Shown here: positions 1-13,109 of the stretch, one piece after another
Layout: each line of letters begins with the position of its first letter
Position numbering within the stretch: the stretch's first letter is position 1
DNA from: Eledone cirrhosa
Lineage: Eukaryota
Assembly (NCBI GenBank): GCA_964016885.1
Contig: OZ024743.1
Coordinates: 232,500,001-232,564,000, forward strand
Length of the DNA: 64,000 nt
Direction of reading: 5' to 3'
Program-made: the position numbers and the translations under genes
Notes under the pieces: generated by a model
What the model saw: the letters and a program-made list of their open reading frames with translations, nothing else
The model's database searches: none
What the model was told of the DNA's origin: nothing

Positions 1-610
1 CACCAAAGTACTCAATACTTAGGGTAGTAGAGTGGGTACTAGGAAAATGTTTGAATTCAGACCGTAAAGGCACATAACTCTGTGCTGTAAAGCATGGCGT
101 CCGACCATCTACCGATACTGCCATGTTATAACGTCCGATATAATTATGTTGGGTGATGTTGTTCCAGCTGTGAGCTCACATCTCGCTGAGGTCAATTTTG
201 CATTTGATCCTTTTGTGGTTAAAATAAATTACCAATTCACATCATGTTCCGGATTTCCATGAAACAGCCGTATGTCAAATTTTATTTAAGTGAAACATGT
301 ATTTTTTGTTGTTCTTTATGTATGTATATAATATTAGTTTGTTTCTCAACTTGTTATATGAAAAGCATTTTTTAGTAGGTCTTTTAAATTTGTAAAAAAA
401 AAAATTATGCTCTGAGTTTAATGTTCATTGAGCTTTCTTTGTTGAATAAAATAACCAATATTAATTTCATATGTATAAATTAAACCATATATTTATTTAT
501 TATATATATATATGCGTGTGTGTGTAAAAGGTAAACAGAAATAACAACACAATCGGTGCAGTACATGGAAGGAATATTTTAGGTTAAAACTTGAAATAGC
601 AGGAAGAGAG

Positions 611-647
611 TCTTAACTTTTCGGACGCTAATCCTTCATCAGAAGAA
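611..647 (-). ncRNA. Minimal type I hammerhead ribozyme (slightly degenerate), Penelope pLTR type
   Basis: Minus strand reads TCTT-CTGATGA-A-GGA(ttagcg)TCC-GAAA-AG-TT-AAGA: stem I TCTT/AAGA, intact core, stem II GGA/TCC. Confidence 0.6.
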
Positions 648-740
648 AGAATGAGAAATAAGATAGATTGAAGGGACGGGTGGGTTGAAATTGGAAAAAA
701 ATGTCTTTAGATAATATATATATATATATATATATATAAA

Positions 741-1032
741 ATACTGTATAGGGAGAAGAAAACACAAAAAGGGTTATGCTTTCATTTACAAGGGGTTGAG
801 AACCATTATAACGAAGGATATAATGTTTACCAGGTGTGTATAGTTATAAAGGTGGGTGTTTTACATTTTAATTTTGCCTCTTAATTATTATGTATTTTCT
901 CTATTTTTCGTAGACCTCACGTGCTTCACTATAGTGGTTCTCTACTCCTTGTGAATGAAAACATAATACTCTTTTGTGTTTTCTTCTCTAAAAACATAAC
1001 CCTTTTGTGTGTTTTCTTCTCTATATACTGTA
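741..1032. repeat. Short fold-back element between (TA)n tracts
   Basis: 741-810 (agaagaaaacacaaaaagggttatg...gagaaccattata) is an imperfect reverse complement of 930-1032. Confidence 0.7.
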
Positions 1033-1108
1033 TTATTTAGAGCCCGGTAATTTATTCCTTGAGCTCATAAAATTACAGGGGATTAACGCAAGTCTTTAAC
1101 TCCGTTTC

Positions 1109-1184
<76 letters not shown>

Positions 1185-1309
1185 ATGTATATATAATGTA
1201 TTTTGCAATACACTTTATGCTTAATTAAAAGCATTTTGAAGACCGTAAGCTATTGTTTTAAAGTAGTGACAAATTCACTCACTTTGATCTCAGCAAACAG
1301 GGGAGATAA

Positions 1310-1351
1310 GCCGACAAGACTTGTTTCGCTTTGGTTGAAGCTTATCAAGGC
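1310..1351 (-). ncRNA. Type I hammerhead ribozyme, U3-A8 core variant (inverted copy)
   Basis: Exact reverse complement of 1480-1521. Confidence 0.75.
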
Positions 1352-1479
1352 CAACTACCCCACCTAATTTTTAATTTCTTCCTGACCAACAACCGCTCTG
1401 CATAATCAGCTCCTGATTATTTACTAGATTTCTATAAGAATATAACATCAATGATCTCAGTAAACAGGTGGGGTAGTTG

Positions 1480-1521
1480 GCCTTGATAAGCTTCAACCAA
1501 AGCGAAACAAGTCTTGTCGGC
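1480..1521 (+). ncRNA. Type I hammerhead ribozyme, U3-A8 core variant
   Basis: GCC-TTGATAA-GCTT(caacca)AAGC-GAAA-CAAG(t)CTTG-TC-GGC. Distal stem I extension 1452-1468 pairs with 1530-1546. Confidence 0.8.
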
Positions 1522-2203
1522 TTATCTCCCCTGTTTGCTGAGATCAAAGTGAGTGAATTTGTCACTACTTTAAAACAATAGCTTACGGTCTTCAAAATGC
1601 TTTTAATTAAGCATAAAGTGTATTGCAAAATACATTATATATACATCCATATATATATTGCTATCTCAGAGCTCCAATTCTAATATATATATATATATCT
1701 TCCCTTGCTTCTATCCTCTCTCTCTCCCCCTTCTCTCTCCTTCTCCCTCTTACTTTCATTCACCCCCTCTGCTAGTCACCTTCTCTCGGCTAGCCTCTTC
1801 CTTGCACTTTCACTCACCCTCTCTCTCACTTCCTCCATTGTCCAGCACTGTACGCGGTCTTTGTTCTCGCTCACACTGCTACGGTCAAGACGCTGTCTTT
1901 TTCTCTCTCGTCAAAATTCGCCTGTTCCTATGTTCGAAATAAATTATTGACTTGATATTTTTCCTAATTCTCCTCTCTTTACGTTGCTTCACCAATCGTG
2001 TCTGTTCACATGTCTTTCTCTTTCTCCACCCATTTCTCTTTATCCCAATAACTTATTTTAGTTATTGAATTGCCCTAGGTTGAAGGATCTTGTCTCTAAC
2101 GCGAAGAAATACCTATGATGCCTAGTAGACAACTACTAATTTTTCATTATATTTAATTGCAACAACATAGCTCGCCATTTTGATTTATATATATATATAT
2201 ATA

Positions 2204-2590
2204 AATGGAAAACGAAGAATCAGTGAAGCATCGGTACTCAATTTATTACGTGTTACAATTGTTTCCCCGGCAAACAGCTCGAGATTCGATCTGAGTGCGG
2301 ATCTAACCTAGGTGACTAGTGGTTTCGGAGCAAATCCTCTTTCAGAGAATTTGCTCCGAAACCACTAGACGTGTCTGAGGAGCTTTCAAATCCAGAGTGA
2401 GGTTAGATCCACACACAGATCGAACCTCGAGCTGTTCACCGGGGAAATAATTGTAACACGTAATAAATTGAATTCCGATGCATCACTGATTCCTCGTTTT
2501 CCATGTTATCATACTCTGCTCCGTAAGAGCATAGGGCGCTCAATCGGCATACCGCCTATGAACGCATCTTAGCTACCATAAGACGTATAT
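2204..2590. mobile_element. Fold-back pLTR-like element with hammerhead-like motifs, in (TA)n
   Basis: Arms ~2204-2310 and ~2400-2503 are inverted. ACGTGT-CTGAGGA...GAAA-(C/T)AATTG-TA-ACACGT-AATAAA at 2369-2467. A second HHR-like motif on - at ~2312-2345. Confidence 0.65.
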
Positions 2591-2925
2591 ATATATTTTA
2601 CATTTTCTTTTTAGCTGACTCCAACACCAACACCACTACCAACATAAGAGTAGAGGTCAGATGTACTTAACAATAACAAGATCAACCACTCACAGATTGC
2701 TTCGCCTCAGAACGAATTTCTACAGACTTTTGACTGAGGAATGTTCCCACAACTGACCAATGGGAGGAGAAGATGTCCTTTGACGCTGAAATTCGTTAGT
2801 TTAAATTCATATGATTCAAGTTCCTCAGTGAAATAACAACCCAACCAGCAACTAGGCATATCAGAGTATTGACAAAGTTAAACACCTCAACAACATGTGT
2901 ACTCGTCTCTACCACACTTATTCGG

Positions 2926-2980
2926 ACTGCCTGAAGAGGTCACAGCGAAAGATGGCTGTCACCGAAATATATATAGCAGT
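2926..2980 (+). ncRNA. Type I hammerhead ribozyme at the end of a solo pLTR-like sequence
   Basis: ACTGC-CTGAAGA-GGTcACAGC(gaaagatg)GCTGTcACC-GAAA-TATATA-TA-GCAGT followed at once by AATAAA. Palindromic stem III. Confidence 0.85.
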
Positions 2981-3656
2981 AATAAACGAAGCCAAATTTT
3001 AAACATTTGACTTATTTATTTTAGTTTATTTTATTATATATATATATATATAAATTAATAAAAACAATGAATAAAAACAAAGAACAAGTTCCTTATATTA
3101 AAAAATTCATCATTTTACGATCTTTCTAGGATATATATGTGTGTTGGTATGTATATCATATAGATCTATGTAAAAATATTACAAACTATCAGAGGAAATA
3201 TACATACCTTCACATATATATACTGTCTTCAGAAATGATGAGATTTGTTTATTGAAAAAAAAACAACAAAGATTTAATATAATAGGTCTGTTTGGGAACA
3301 GGTTTTGAATTGACCAATAGAAAAGTAGTAAGAGGTCAAGTTGATAGAATAGTAGTAGTAGAAATTTAATTTAGGTTGTAGAGGGGTGCAGACTTATGTT
3401 TTGAATAGAAAGAATACTTTGAATGAAAAGAATACTTTGGGAATGAAAAGAGGTTAAGCCGGTGAAGGGTACAAACATTCGTGAATATTATTCTTTAAAG
3501 AAGTTCCCAAGTATTGTTTTTTCCATTGTAATATGGATAATAGACAAGAAAGAGAGCTCAACTATATATATAGGGAGTCATAAAATTATGTATATATATA
3601 TATATAAAAAATATATATTAAAATATGAATACCTGTATAAAGTTAGGAGCAAAGTA

Positions 3657-3837
3657 TGTAGATAAATCTACCAAAATATACGGTAGTGTCCAATCCGTAT
3701 GAAGAACTCAATGTAATCCAAATATCATATGATTTTCATCGAAAATTTATGAACGCATCTTCTCTTTTCATGATATTTGGATTACATTGAGTTCTTAATA
3801 CGGATTGGACACTACCGTATATTTTGGTAGATTTATC

Positions 3838-3842
<5 letters not shown>
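3657..3842. repeat. Fold-back (73-bp inverted arms) abutting (TA)n
   Basis: 3657-3729 and 3770-3842 are near-perfect reverse complements. Confidence 0.85.
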
Positions 3843-3882
<40 letters not shown>

Positions 3883-3917
3883 GAAAATTATAAAATTAAC
3901 TTACTTACTAAAATATC

Positions 3918-3999
3918 ACTTCCAACTAATTAGTTTCTGGAATGGAGTAAATATATTTTCCGAAGAAGATATTGAGAAACATTCCGTCGTCAGGGAAGT
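3918..3999 (-). ncRNA. Type I hammerhead ribozyme, family B (inverted copy)
   Basis: Reverse complement of 4743-4824. Confidence 0.65.
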
Positions 4000-4217
4000 C
4001 TATTCTCAGCTAAGTTTCCAGGCAAAGCGAGTACTCTGGAAACTTATTAAAAAATAATTCAGTGGATAGGAAATAGCAAAGCGTGGACTGACGCAGAGGC
4101 AGTGATTTTCTCAATGGCTAGGAATTCAATCCACGCTTTGCTATTTCCTATCCACTGAATTATTTTTTAATAAGTTTCCAGAGTCCTCGCTTTGCCTGGA
4201 AACATAGCTGAGAATAG

Positions 4218-4299
4218 ACTTCCCTGACGACGGAATGTTTCTCTCTATCTTCTTCGGAAAATATATTTACTCCATTCCAGAAACTAATTAGTTGGAAGT
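4218..4299 (+). ncRNA. Type I hammerhead ribozyme, family B
   Basis: ACTTCC-CTGACGA-cGGAATG...CATTCCa-GAAA-CTAATTAG-TT-GGAAGT. 6-bp stem I, palindromic stem III. Confidence 0.7.
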
Positions 4300-4742
4300 G
4301 ATATTTTAGTAAGTAAGTTAATTTTATAATTTTCTTATTTTACGTCTCTCATATTATTGTTCTGCAACCCCATGCGTTGAACCACAATGTTACTAAGACA
4401 AAACCTATATATTTGCTAGCATTGATGATATGCATCTGTATGTATATATATGTTACTAGATATTAATTCTTTATAATTATCTCCAAATTATTTGTCGAGC
4501 AATATTGGCCATGACTGCTGCTATGGTAGTAGGCAGGCCGCTGTCTTATTAGCAAACCACTTTCCACTGATTGACCTCGATGTCACGTGATTGATTCTTT
4601 TTGAATTCGCCACAGACGCAGAGGCAGTGATTTTCTCAATGGCTAGGAATTCAGTCCACGCTTTGCTATTTCCTATCCACTGAATTATTTTTTTATAAGT
4701 TTCCAGAGTCCTCGCTTTGCCTGGAAACTTAGCTGAGAATAG

Positions 4743-4824
4743 ACTTCCCTGACGACGGAATGTTTCTCAATATCTTCTTCGGAAAATATATTTACTCCAT
4801 TCCAGAAACTAATTAGTTGGAAGT
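4743..4824 (+). ncRNA. Type I hammerhead ribozyme, family B (second tandem copy)
   Basis: Same motif 525 nt downstream of 4218. Confidence 0.7.
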
Positions 4825-4990
4825 GATATTTTAGTAATTAAGTTAATTTTATAATTTTCTTATTTTACGTCTCTCATATTATTGTTCTGCAACCCCATGC
4901 ATTGAACCACAATGTTACTAAGACAAAACCTATATATTTGCTAGCATTGATATGCATCTGTATGTATATATATGTTACTAGATATTAATT

Positions 4991-5044
<54 letters not shown>

Positions 5045-5329
5045 TTGGAAGAAGTCGGCTGTGTCCCCAACTGGAGAAGAATGGGTTCCGCCAGGCTTCG
5101 ATACGCAAGGATGAAGTATAGTGTAACGGTGCCCCTACGATTCCATCAGGAGTTCAATGTTTATGGAATGGCATAGCCTCAAAGTCGTTACATTCCAGTT
5201 CCATAAATTACAATAGGATGGTGATCACATTCCTTAACTACAGTAATTTAACGGTACCTATAGCTAGATAATTTGAGTCATGGGTACAACTGAATGGACA
5301 AGACAAACGCTTTCTCATTCAGACCCGCT

Positions 5330-5692
5330 CTTGTTAACGTTTTCAAAACCCTCTCGGAAATGACAGTGGAGGTAAATATGTGGAACGATTGCTGAGAATC
5401 GGGTACATGGCATGAGTGAATGAGCCATCTTCGAGCATACGCCTACCTGTAGACCAGAAAACGATAGCAGGAAGAGGCATTTGCCCTTGGTGGTCAAAGT
5501 GATCCATGTTTTGAGAGATTTCTTTGATGGCCAAAGTAACTGCTCCCATTGGTATATTTTTCTAACTTTATATATTTTTGCCATCCATTGCTTTTTATTA
5601 TTTTATCTTTTAGGTGTCACATGTAACTGACTCCCTTCTGTGTTAGAATAGCGACTTTCTCTGTGCCCTTGTGGAAAATAAAGAAATTATCA
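5330..5692 (+). mobile_element. Old diverged 3' fragment of a Tx1-like LINE
   Basis: atggcatgagtgaatgagcc, ggcatttgcccttggtggtc and cccttgtggaaaataaagaaatt match the ORF2 end and 3' UTR of the Tx1 copies at 32.5-51 kb. Confidence 0.55.
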
Positions 5693-5696
5693 TTGA

Positions 5697-5890
5697 TTGG
5701 CCAAATTGTTAGAGTATCGGACAAAAAAAACCTTATGTTATTTAGTTACGGCATTTTACGTTCGGAGCTGAAATGCGAGCGAGTTTAACATTGACGACAA
5801 AATATAGAACTAGTTAAATATTGGGGTCAATTGAAACGAATTTCTCCTCCACAAAATTACTGGCCTTGTGCCAAAATTAGAAACCATTAT
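5697..5890 (+). mobile_element. Diverged SINE (same family as 14477-14670)
   Basis: Head ttggccaaattgttagagtatcggac and tail ctggccttgtgccaaaattagaaaccattat. Confidence 0.55.
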
Positions 5891-6741
5891 AACTATTTCA
5901 ACCATGATTTCGCTACTATTTCTAACATGTCGAACTCTCTCATAGAGGCTCCCTATTGTTCGACGATCACCACATATTTAAAGGAAATATTTTGAAAAAT
6001 GTGTTATTAATTTCCTTATCTTGGTACTATTTAAATAATTTCCTTTCTATAATATATGTTGGTAGAAAAGAAAATAAGGAAAGAATTTTGAGAGGAGGTA
6101 TTGTTTTAGTGAGGTGGTTTGAGGGTGTTTTATCTTGAAAAATGTCAGTTCTTGTGTCAGTTTCAAGCTGTTTATAAACTATTCATTAAGTGCCATTGGG
6201 TTTTCATTAATTACCATTGGCTTTTCGGACGGCTGCCGGAAATCAAATGAGAGAAATTTGAAGAATTTTGTTTTTATTTTTTCAGCAGACAAGAAATGAA
6301 CATATAAAATACGCTTTCAAAATGGCAGATGAACAACACCCAAAAATTGAACGTACAAGCCAACTAAAGAGCTTCTAAGTGGACATTTGATTTTCTAGAA
6401 ATGATAGCAAAATTTCTCACAAACTACACCTTCCTATTTGAATGAAGGTTACATTAGATATTGCAATCCTGGATCATTAGGTCTTAAACAAATCTTGATG
6501 GTTATTTCTAGAATTCATTTGATCAAAGCGCTGTTCCTTTGATTTATTTGCATATCTGTTACTTGACCTGCTAGATATAGCAACAATATCGCCCATATAT
6601 CACATTTTAACGCCTTAAAGGGGAAGGAAAAATTGGGTAATAGAATTTAAGATATACAAAAGATGCGAGAAAGACATGGCAGAATAGCTTTTGGTCCGAA
6701 ACGACAATATCAATTAACATAAATTATATTCAAATAAGTGA

Positions 6742-6850
6742 AGTTGTGTTTTAATATATAAAGTGTTGAGCTCCCAATCGTATGGATGTGAGTTCGATTC
6801 CCAGATTGGACAGCGCGCTGTGTATTTGAGCAAGACATATGCAGACACTT
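6742..6850 (+). mobile_element. tRNA-derived SINE head (second family), decayed
   Basis: B-box-like gagttcgattccc followed by gtgtatttgagcaagaca, resembling 63228-63345 and 23980-24089. Confidence 0.45.
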
Positions 6851-7654
6851 CAATTGACGTTGCTTTAATCCACTCATTGGGGAAAATCAAGTTGCGACGA
6901 CACATGCAACAAACTGTTAGCCTTTGATTTTCCCTTAAACCAATACTGATGCCATGGAGAGTAGAATATTGTGTACAAGGGCGACTGTTGGTTTCCATAA
7001 AGCATCTTGGCTAGGTGTATGCCTTGGAGAGGTAAACGTATGGTTAAAAAATTGTGGGTGCACAGTCCATGCCCAGTCATGACAGAAGGGTGGGAGGTCT
7101 TTCCTCATCCTTATTCAAATGATGGTTTCACTCCGTTAAACGTAATAGAGTGTTGCCTTTTGTTGTTTTCAGGAATCAGATCATAGGCTTTCTAGGCATG
7201 ATCAATCCATTGTTTGTAGAACTGCATTGTAAATGAGTCATATTACTTGTAAGCCTGTAAATTGTGTCTTGAAATAGATATGGCTGCCATTTCTAGCGGA
7301 TGGAGAAACCAGTTACAGACGCACTAAAAACATTTCACTGTACAGCATGAATAGAGTTTTAAAAGGCTTCGAAAAGTGAAGAAAATAGAAAAACATGCGT
7401 ATTACAGGTACATACTCCAAGAATAAATCATATGTATGTATGAATGTATGTAGTTCGTTAGGTAGACAGGCATGTGTATATATGTATATATATATATATA
7501 TTGTTATACTTTGGGAGGGTCATGTTGCCAATAAGAAACACACGCACCAGTTGCTTTCACTTGAATTTATTATAATAAATTTATAATAAATTTATAAATT
7601 TATAAATTTCTGGTTGGTTGGTTGGTTCCACAACCAGATAGTTGTTTATATATT

Positions 7655-7697
7655 GTCATAGTTCTTTCGTCACACACTCTGTGACCTCTTCAGTGAC
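7655..7697 (-). ncRNA. Minimal type I hammerhead ribozyme in Penelope pLTR
   Basis: GTCA-CTGAAGA-G-GTCAC(agagtgt)GTGAC-GAAA-GAAC-TA-TGAC. Confidence 0.8.
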
Positions 7698-7898
7698 TGG
7701 GGATTCCTTTCTTTGTTTTTGTGCCTCTCCTTTGTTCTGTCCTACGCTATTTTGTTTCTGTGTGTGTGTTGTATGCTCAGTCTGCACATGCGCCACATCC
7801 GGGTGTCTGTGTGTGTTTATGTTCATTTATTTATTTGTTTATTTACATGTTACTGGTTGGTTGTTTGTTCTATGTGTGTGTGTGTTTTCATTTTGTCC

Positions 7899-10353
7899 TT
7901 AATTGTAAGTTGTGATGTTGCTGTTCCACTCATATTTTCTATTTAATTTTGGTTGTAATTCTTTTATGTTTATTGCCTCTGTGATTTGTCTAAACATTGC
8001 GTCTTTTCTGTGTGTAGATTCTATTTTTATTTCTATGTTCTCTAATTTACCCTTGTTTTCTATTTTAGCATGTTGGTAGAGTACAGATGATTCTTTACTA
8101 TCTTGAAGGTCTCGCCAGTGTTCATTAATCCGTTCCCCTACACTACGAGCTGTCTCACCTATGTACACTATATTTTTGTCTCTACATTGTCCTTCAGTAC
8201 ATCTTATGCTATACACTAAATTTCTAGTTTTACAGTTAATATGGGGGCTTATTTTACAGGTTATACATTTCTTATCTATACATGAGGGTCTTTGAAAAGG
8301 GTATGTCTTGCTAATAAGTGTTTTTACGGAGGTAACTGGTCTTTCTACTATCTTAATATTGAGTTTATGTTTATCTATGGCCCTTCTAAATTTGTAAGCT
8401 AATTCACCTTTAGGGGTTGTATCGATGAACATTACACTCTGGTATTTATTGCTATCATACCATGAGTTTATTCTATTAGCCTTGTTCCTAGTTCTTTCTA
8501 TTCTATTCCAAAATTTGCTCCTATACAAGGGATAGGTCACATTTATGTCATTATTTACCATTTTTTCCCATTTGGTTCTGGCTCCTCTATACACTCTGAT
8601 TTTATCTCTCTGATTGTAGCCAGAGAACTGCATACGGTGGATGAAGTGTTGTATGTGTCTCTCTAGTTCTTCGGGGTTGCACATGCGGGACACGTTTCTC
8701 ATCACCCGTACCAAATCCGCAATCAGTATGTTGATTTTGGTATGGTCCGAAACGGCCGAGTTTCGGTGGATCAGATATTTGGAAGTCATGGGTTTGGCAT
8801 AATGGGAATGGAGGATATGTTTTTTGTTATTAATGGTATCTAATCAGAGCTCTGTGTCTAGTACAGGTAATCGATGGTTGGGGTGTTTACTAGGATAGTC
8901 TATAGTAACTCTAATGCTCTGGTGGGTGGAGTTAGCTATTTGCTGGATGCTTTCCATTGTGTTTTTCTCTAGTTGCTGACTGTTCTCTAGTGGGGGTGTC
9001 TTAACTACGATGTTTATATCATCAACGTAGCGGGAGTACATTATCAGGGTTAAGGGGTCTTCTAATTGTTCTTTAAGTTTAAGTTTAAGTCTACTGTCCC
9101 ACCATACCATGAATAAGTTAGCTATGTCGCCTGCAATGCTAACACCAATGGCTGCTCCTTCCTCTTGGGCATATGTTTTTCCATTAAATTTGAACATATG
9201 TTCCTTAAGGGTTAGTTTTATGCTGGCCACTAACGCATGTGCAATCATTTTCTTCAGTTTATCGTGGTTTTCGGGTGTCTGTATGGCACTGGTCCACCCG
9301 TTCCATCTATCTGTGTGGGTTTTCTTGGCCATTGAGGTAATGGTAGGTGGTTTGCCTCTTGCTGGTCTTGTAGGGCACAGGTTGCTAAGGTCATATGTGT
9401 CTAGGTAATTATTACTATAGGTAAGTTTAAGTAGGAGTCCCAGCTCACTGGTATCAATCCCACGGAACTCAACATTGCTCTCACTGATCATTTCTACGCA
9501 TTTCTCTACAGCAAAATCCACGTCAATAGATGGATACAGGGACACAATATCCATACTACCTATTATGCAGTTTGTTAGGTCCCTAGATCGGTTACTCTCG
9601 CCGATTCTGCTGAGGAGGTCCTCCGTGCTGTCACATACATCTGGGGACATTTCAATGATGGGGCGTATGATCAGGAAGAGGAAGTAGGACAGTCTGTAGT
9701 TACTAGCAATGTTAGCTCCACAGACTGGCCGTGTTGGTGGTCCCGCGACAGGGTCACTGCCCGTTTTATGGTCTTTTCGAAGCCCATACAACGCCGGCAC
9801 GTCATTGTTCCAGGCCTGGAAGTTGTTGGCAGTCCTTTTGTTGGGCTGCATTATATTCGTCCACATCACCATATGGGCATTGAGGGCTTTTTCTCTATCC
9901 TCATGCTCCTGAGGTGTTACCTCTCTTGTGTTAGTGATGTGGGGCTGCATTGCCTGGATGTAGTTTGGCAGGCTGTCAACCGACATTATGCCAGACTTGT
10001 CTGTTGGAAAGCATGCTATCTCTCCATTACGCGAGCGCTGCATGAGCTTACGCAAGCCATTTCCAGATTTTTCTCCCAGTTGCTGGGCCTCCATTCTATT
10101 ATGCTTCTTGCTATACTGTTCTATAATATTTCTAAGTTCGGATCTAGCTATACTAAATTGTGCTTCTGTTTGTTCATCGACCTGCGACGGCAATTGCATG
10201 CGTTTGTTAAATGGTAAAGTCGTGGCGTGGACTCGTCGCAGGTCGAACGATTTATCGGAGGGATTATAAAAAGTAGAGTTCCAGGCTGTTGCTTTATGTG
10301 TACTAGTGCTATTGTTATTGTTAGTTGTGTTGTTTCTATTTCTATTTCCACCA
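7899..10353 (-). pseudogene. Penelope RT plus GIY-YIG endonuclease ORF interrupted by one nonsense codon
   Basis: ORFs 8844-10385 and 7899-8789 are in the same frame. The TGA at 8844-8846 is TGG (Trp) in the inverted copy (TELWLDTINN). Confidence 0.85.
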
Positions 10354-12003
10354 ACAGAGCTCTGGTTAGATACCATTAATAACAAAAATCAAATCCTCTA
10401 TTCCCATTATGCCAAACCCATGACTTCCAAACATCTGATCCACCGAAACCCGGCCGTTTCGGACCATACCAAAATCAACATACTGATTGCGGATTTGGTA
10501 CGGGTGATGAGAAACGTGTCCCGCATGTGCAACCCCGAAGAACTAGAGAGACACATACAACACTTCATCCACCGTATGCAGTTCTCTGGCTACAATCAGA
10601 GAGATAAAATCAGAGTGTATAGAGGAGCCAGAAACAAATGGGAAAAAATGGTAAATAATGACATAAATGGGACCTACCCCTTGTATAGGAGCAAATTTTG
10701 GAATAGAATAGAAAGAACTAGGAACAAGGCTAATAGAATAAACTCATGGTATGATAGCAATAAATACCAGAGTGTAATGTTCATCGATACAACCCCTAGA
10801 GGTGAATTAGCTTACAAATTTAGAAGGGCCCTAGATAAACATAAACTCAATATTAAGATAGTAGAAAGACCAGGTGCCTCCGTAAAACACTTATTAGCAA
10901 GACATACCCTTTTCAAAGACCCTCATGTATAGATAAGAAATGTATAACCTGTAAAATAAGCTCCCATATTAACTGTAAAACTAGAAAAGTAGTGTATAGC
11001 ATAAGATGTACTGAAGGACAATGTAGAGACAAAAATATAGTGTACATAGGTGAGACAGCTCGTAGTGTAGGGGAACGGATAAATGAACACTGGCGAGACC
11101 TTCAAGATAGTAAAGAATCATCTGTACTCTACCAACATGCTAAAATAGAAAACAAGGGTAAATTAGAGAACATAGAAATAAAAATAGAATCTACACACAG
11201 AAAAGACGCAATGTTTAGACAAATCACAGAGGCAATAAACATAAAAGAATTACAACCAAAATTAAATAGAAAATATGAGTGGAACAGCAACATCACAGCT
11301 TACAATTAAGGACAAAATGAAAACACACACACACATAGAACAAACAACCAACCAGTAAAATGTAAATAAACAAATAAATAAATGAAGATAAACACACACA
11401 GACACCCGGATGTGGCGCATGTGCAGACTGAGAACACAACACACACACAGAAACAAAATAGCATAGGACAGAATAAAGGAGAGGCACAAAAACAAAGAAA
11501 GGAATCCCCAGTCACTGAAGAACTATGACAATATATAAACAACTATCTGGTTGTGGAACCAACCAACCAACCAGAAATTTATAAATTTATAAATTTATTA
11601 TAAATTTATTATAATAAATTCAAGTGAAAGCAACTGGTGCGTGTGTTTCTTATTGGCAACATGACCCTCCCAAAGTATAACAATATATATATATATATAT
11701 ACATATATACACATGCCTGTCTACCTAACGAACTACATACATTCATACATACATATGATTTATTCCTGGAGTATGTACCTGTAATACGCATGTTTTTCTA
11801 TTTTCTTCACTTTTCGAAGCCTTTTAAAACTCCATTCATGCTGTACAGTGAAATGTTTTTAGTGCGTCTGTAACTGGTTTCTCCATCTGCTAGAAATGGC
11901 AGCCATATCTATTTCAAGACACAATTTACAGGCTTACAAGTAATATGACTCATTTACAATGCAGTTCTACAAACAATGGATTGATCATGCCTAGAAGGCC
12001 TAT

Positions 12004-12005
<2 letters not shown>
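10354..12005 (+). mobile_element. Inverted duplicate of 7181-8855 (Penelope thumb/GIY-YIG region, pLTR and ~300 bp of flank)
   Basis: High-identity reverse complement. Frameshifted EN ORFs 10306-10932 and 10992-11309. HHR has a 24-bp deletion. Confidence 0.9.
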
Positions 12006-12558
<553 letters not shown>

Positions 12559-12704
12559 TACCTATGTATTTTTGTTTGTACTTTCTTATTCGCATCCATA
12601 ATTGCATATCTACATATAAATACGCATATACATATATCCGCATACATATACACATATATCTATATATCTATATCTATCTCCCGATATCTGTATCTATAAC
12701 TATA

Positions 12705-12739
<35 letters not shown>

Positions 12740-13047
12740 GGTAACAAGATATTGTTATAGGTAACCCAGTTAGAGGTTGTGAGTACTCTGCGTCGTGGAT
12801 AGTCTTAACGTACTGCTTTGTTTAACTCAAAAATATGTTTCCAGGGTTAGGCAGCGAGTTCGCTGTAATTCCTATGTAGGTTATACTTGGAGTAGTAATA
12901 GTGAAAGGGCTTTTAAAATAAAACCCCTTGTTGTACGGCCAACCATGTTACTCTTCACTCTTTCACTATATATATATATATATACACATACAAACACATG
13001 TGTGTGTGTGTGTCCGTGTGTGTGTGTGTGTATGTGTGTGTGTGTGT

Positions 13048-13109
<62 letters not shown>

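Larger units (their letters stand above)
1181..1684 (+). mobile_element. Family A non-coding hammerhead element (retrozyme-like or Penelope pLTR-like), with an inverted partial copy
   Basis: 1181-1365 is a perfect reverse complement of 1467-1650. The + unit 1366-1684 is homologous to 13540-13850. (TA)n on both sides. Confidence 0.8.
3879..4995 (+). mobile_element. Family B non-coding hammerhead element: inverted partial copy plus two tandem units (525-nt period)
   Basis: 3879-4088 is inverted relative to ~4129-4336. 4090-4470 is repeated at 4615-4995. Flanked by (TA)n on both sides. Confidence 0.85.
7500..10353 (-). mobile_element. Penelope-like element family 1, 5'-truncated, with 3' pLTR ending at (TA)n
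   Basis: RT motifs (SMDIVSLYPS, QEEGAAIG, YSRYVDD), GIY-YIG (LVYSIRC...YIGETARS..ER..EH), HHR in the pLTR. Confidence 0.9.

Noticed and set aside
2073-2130. Possible hammerhead near ctaggttgaagga...cctag
   Set aside because: Core nucleotides and GAAA could not be placed with consistent stems
10306-10385. N-termini of ORFs 8844-10385 (-) and 10306-10932 (+)
   Set aside because: They cross the inversion junction at ~10354, so the starts are artefactual
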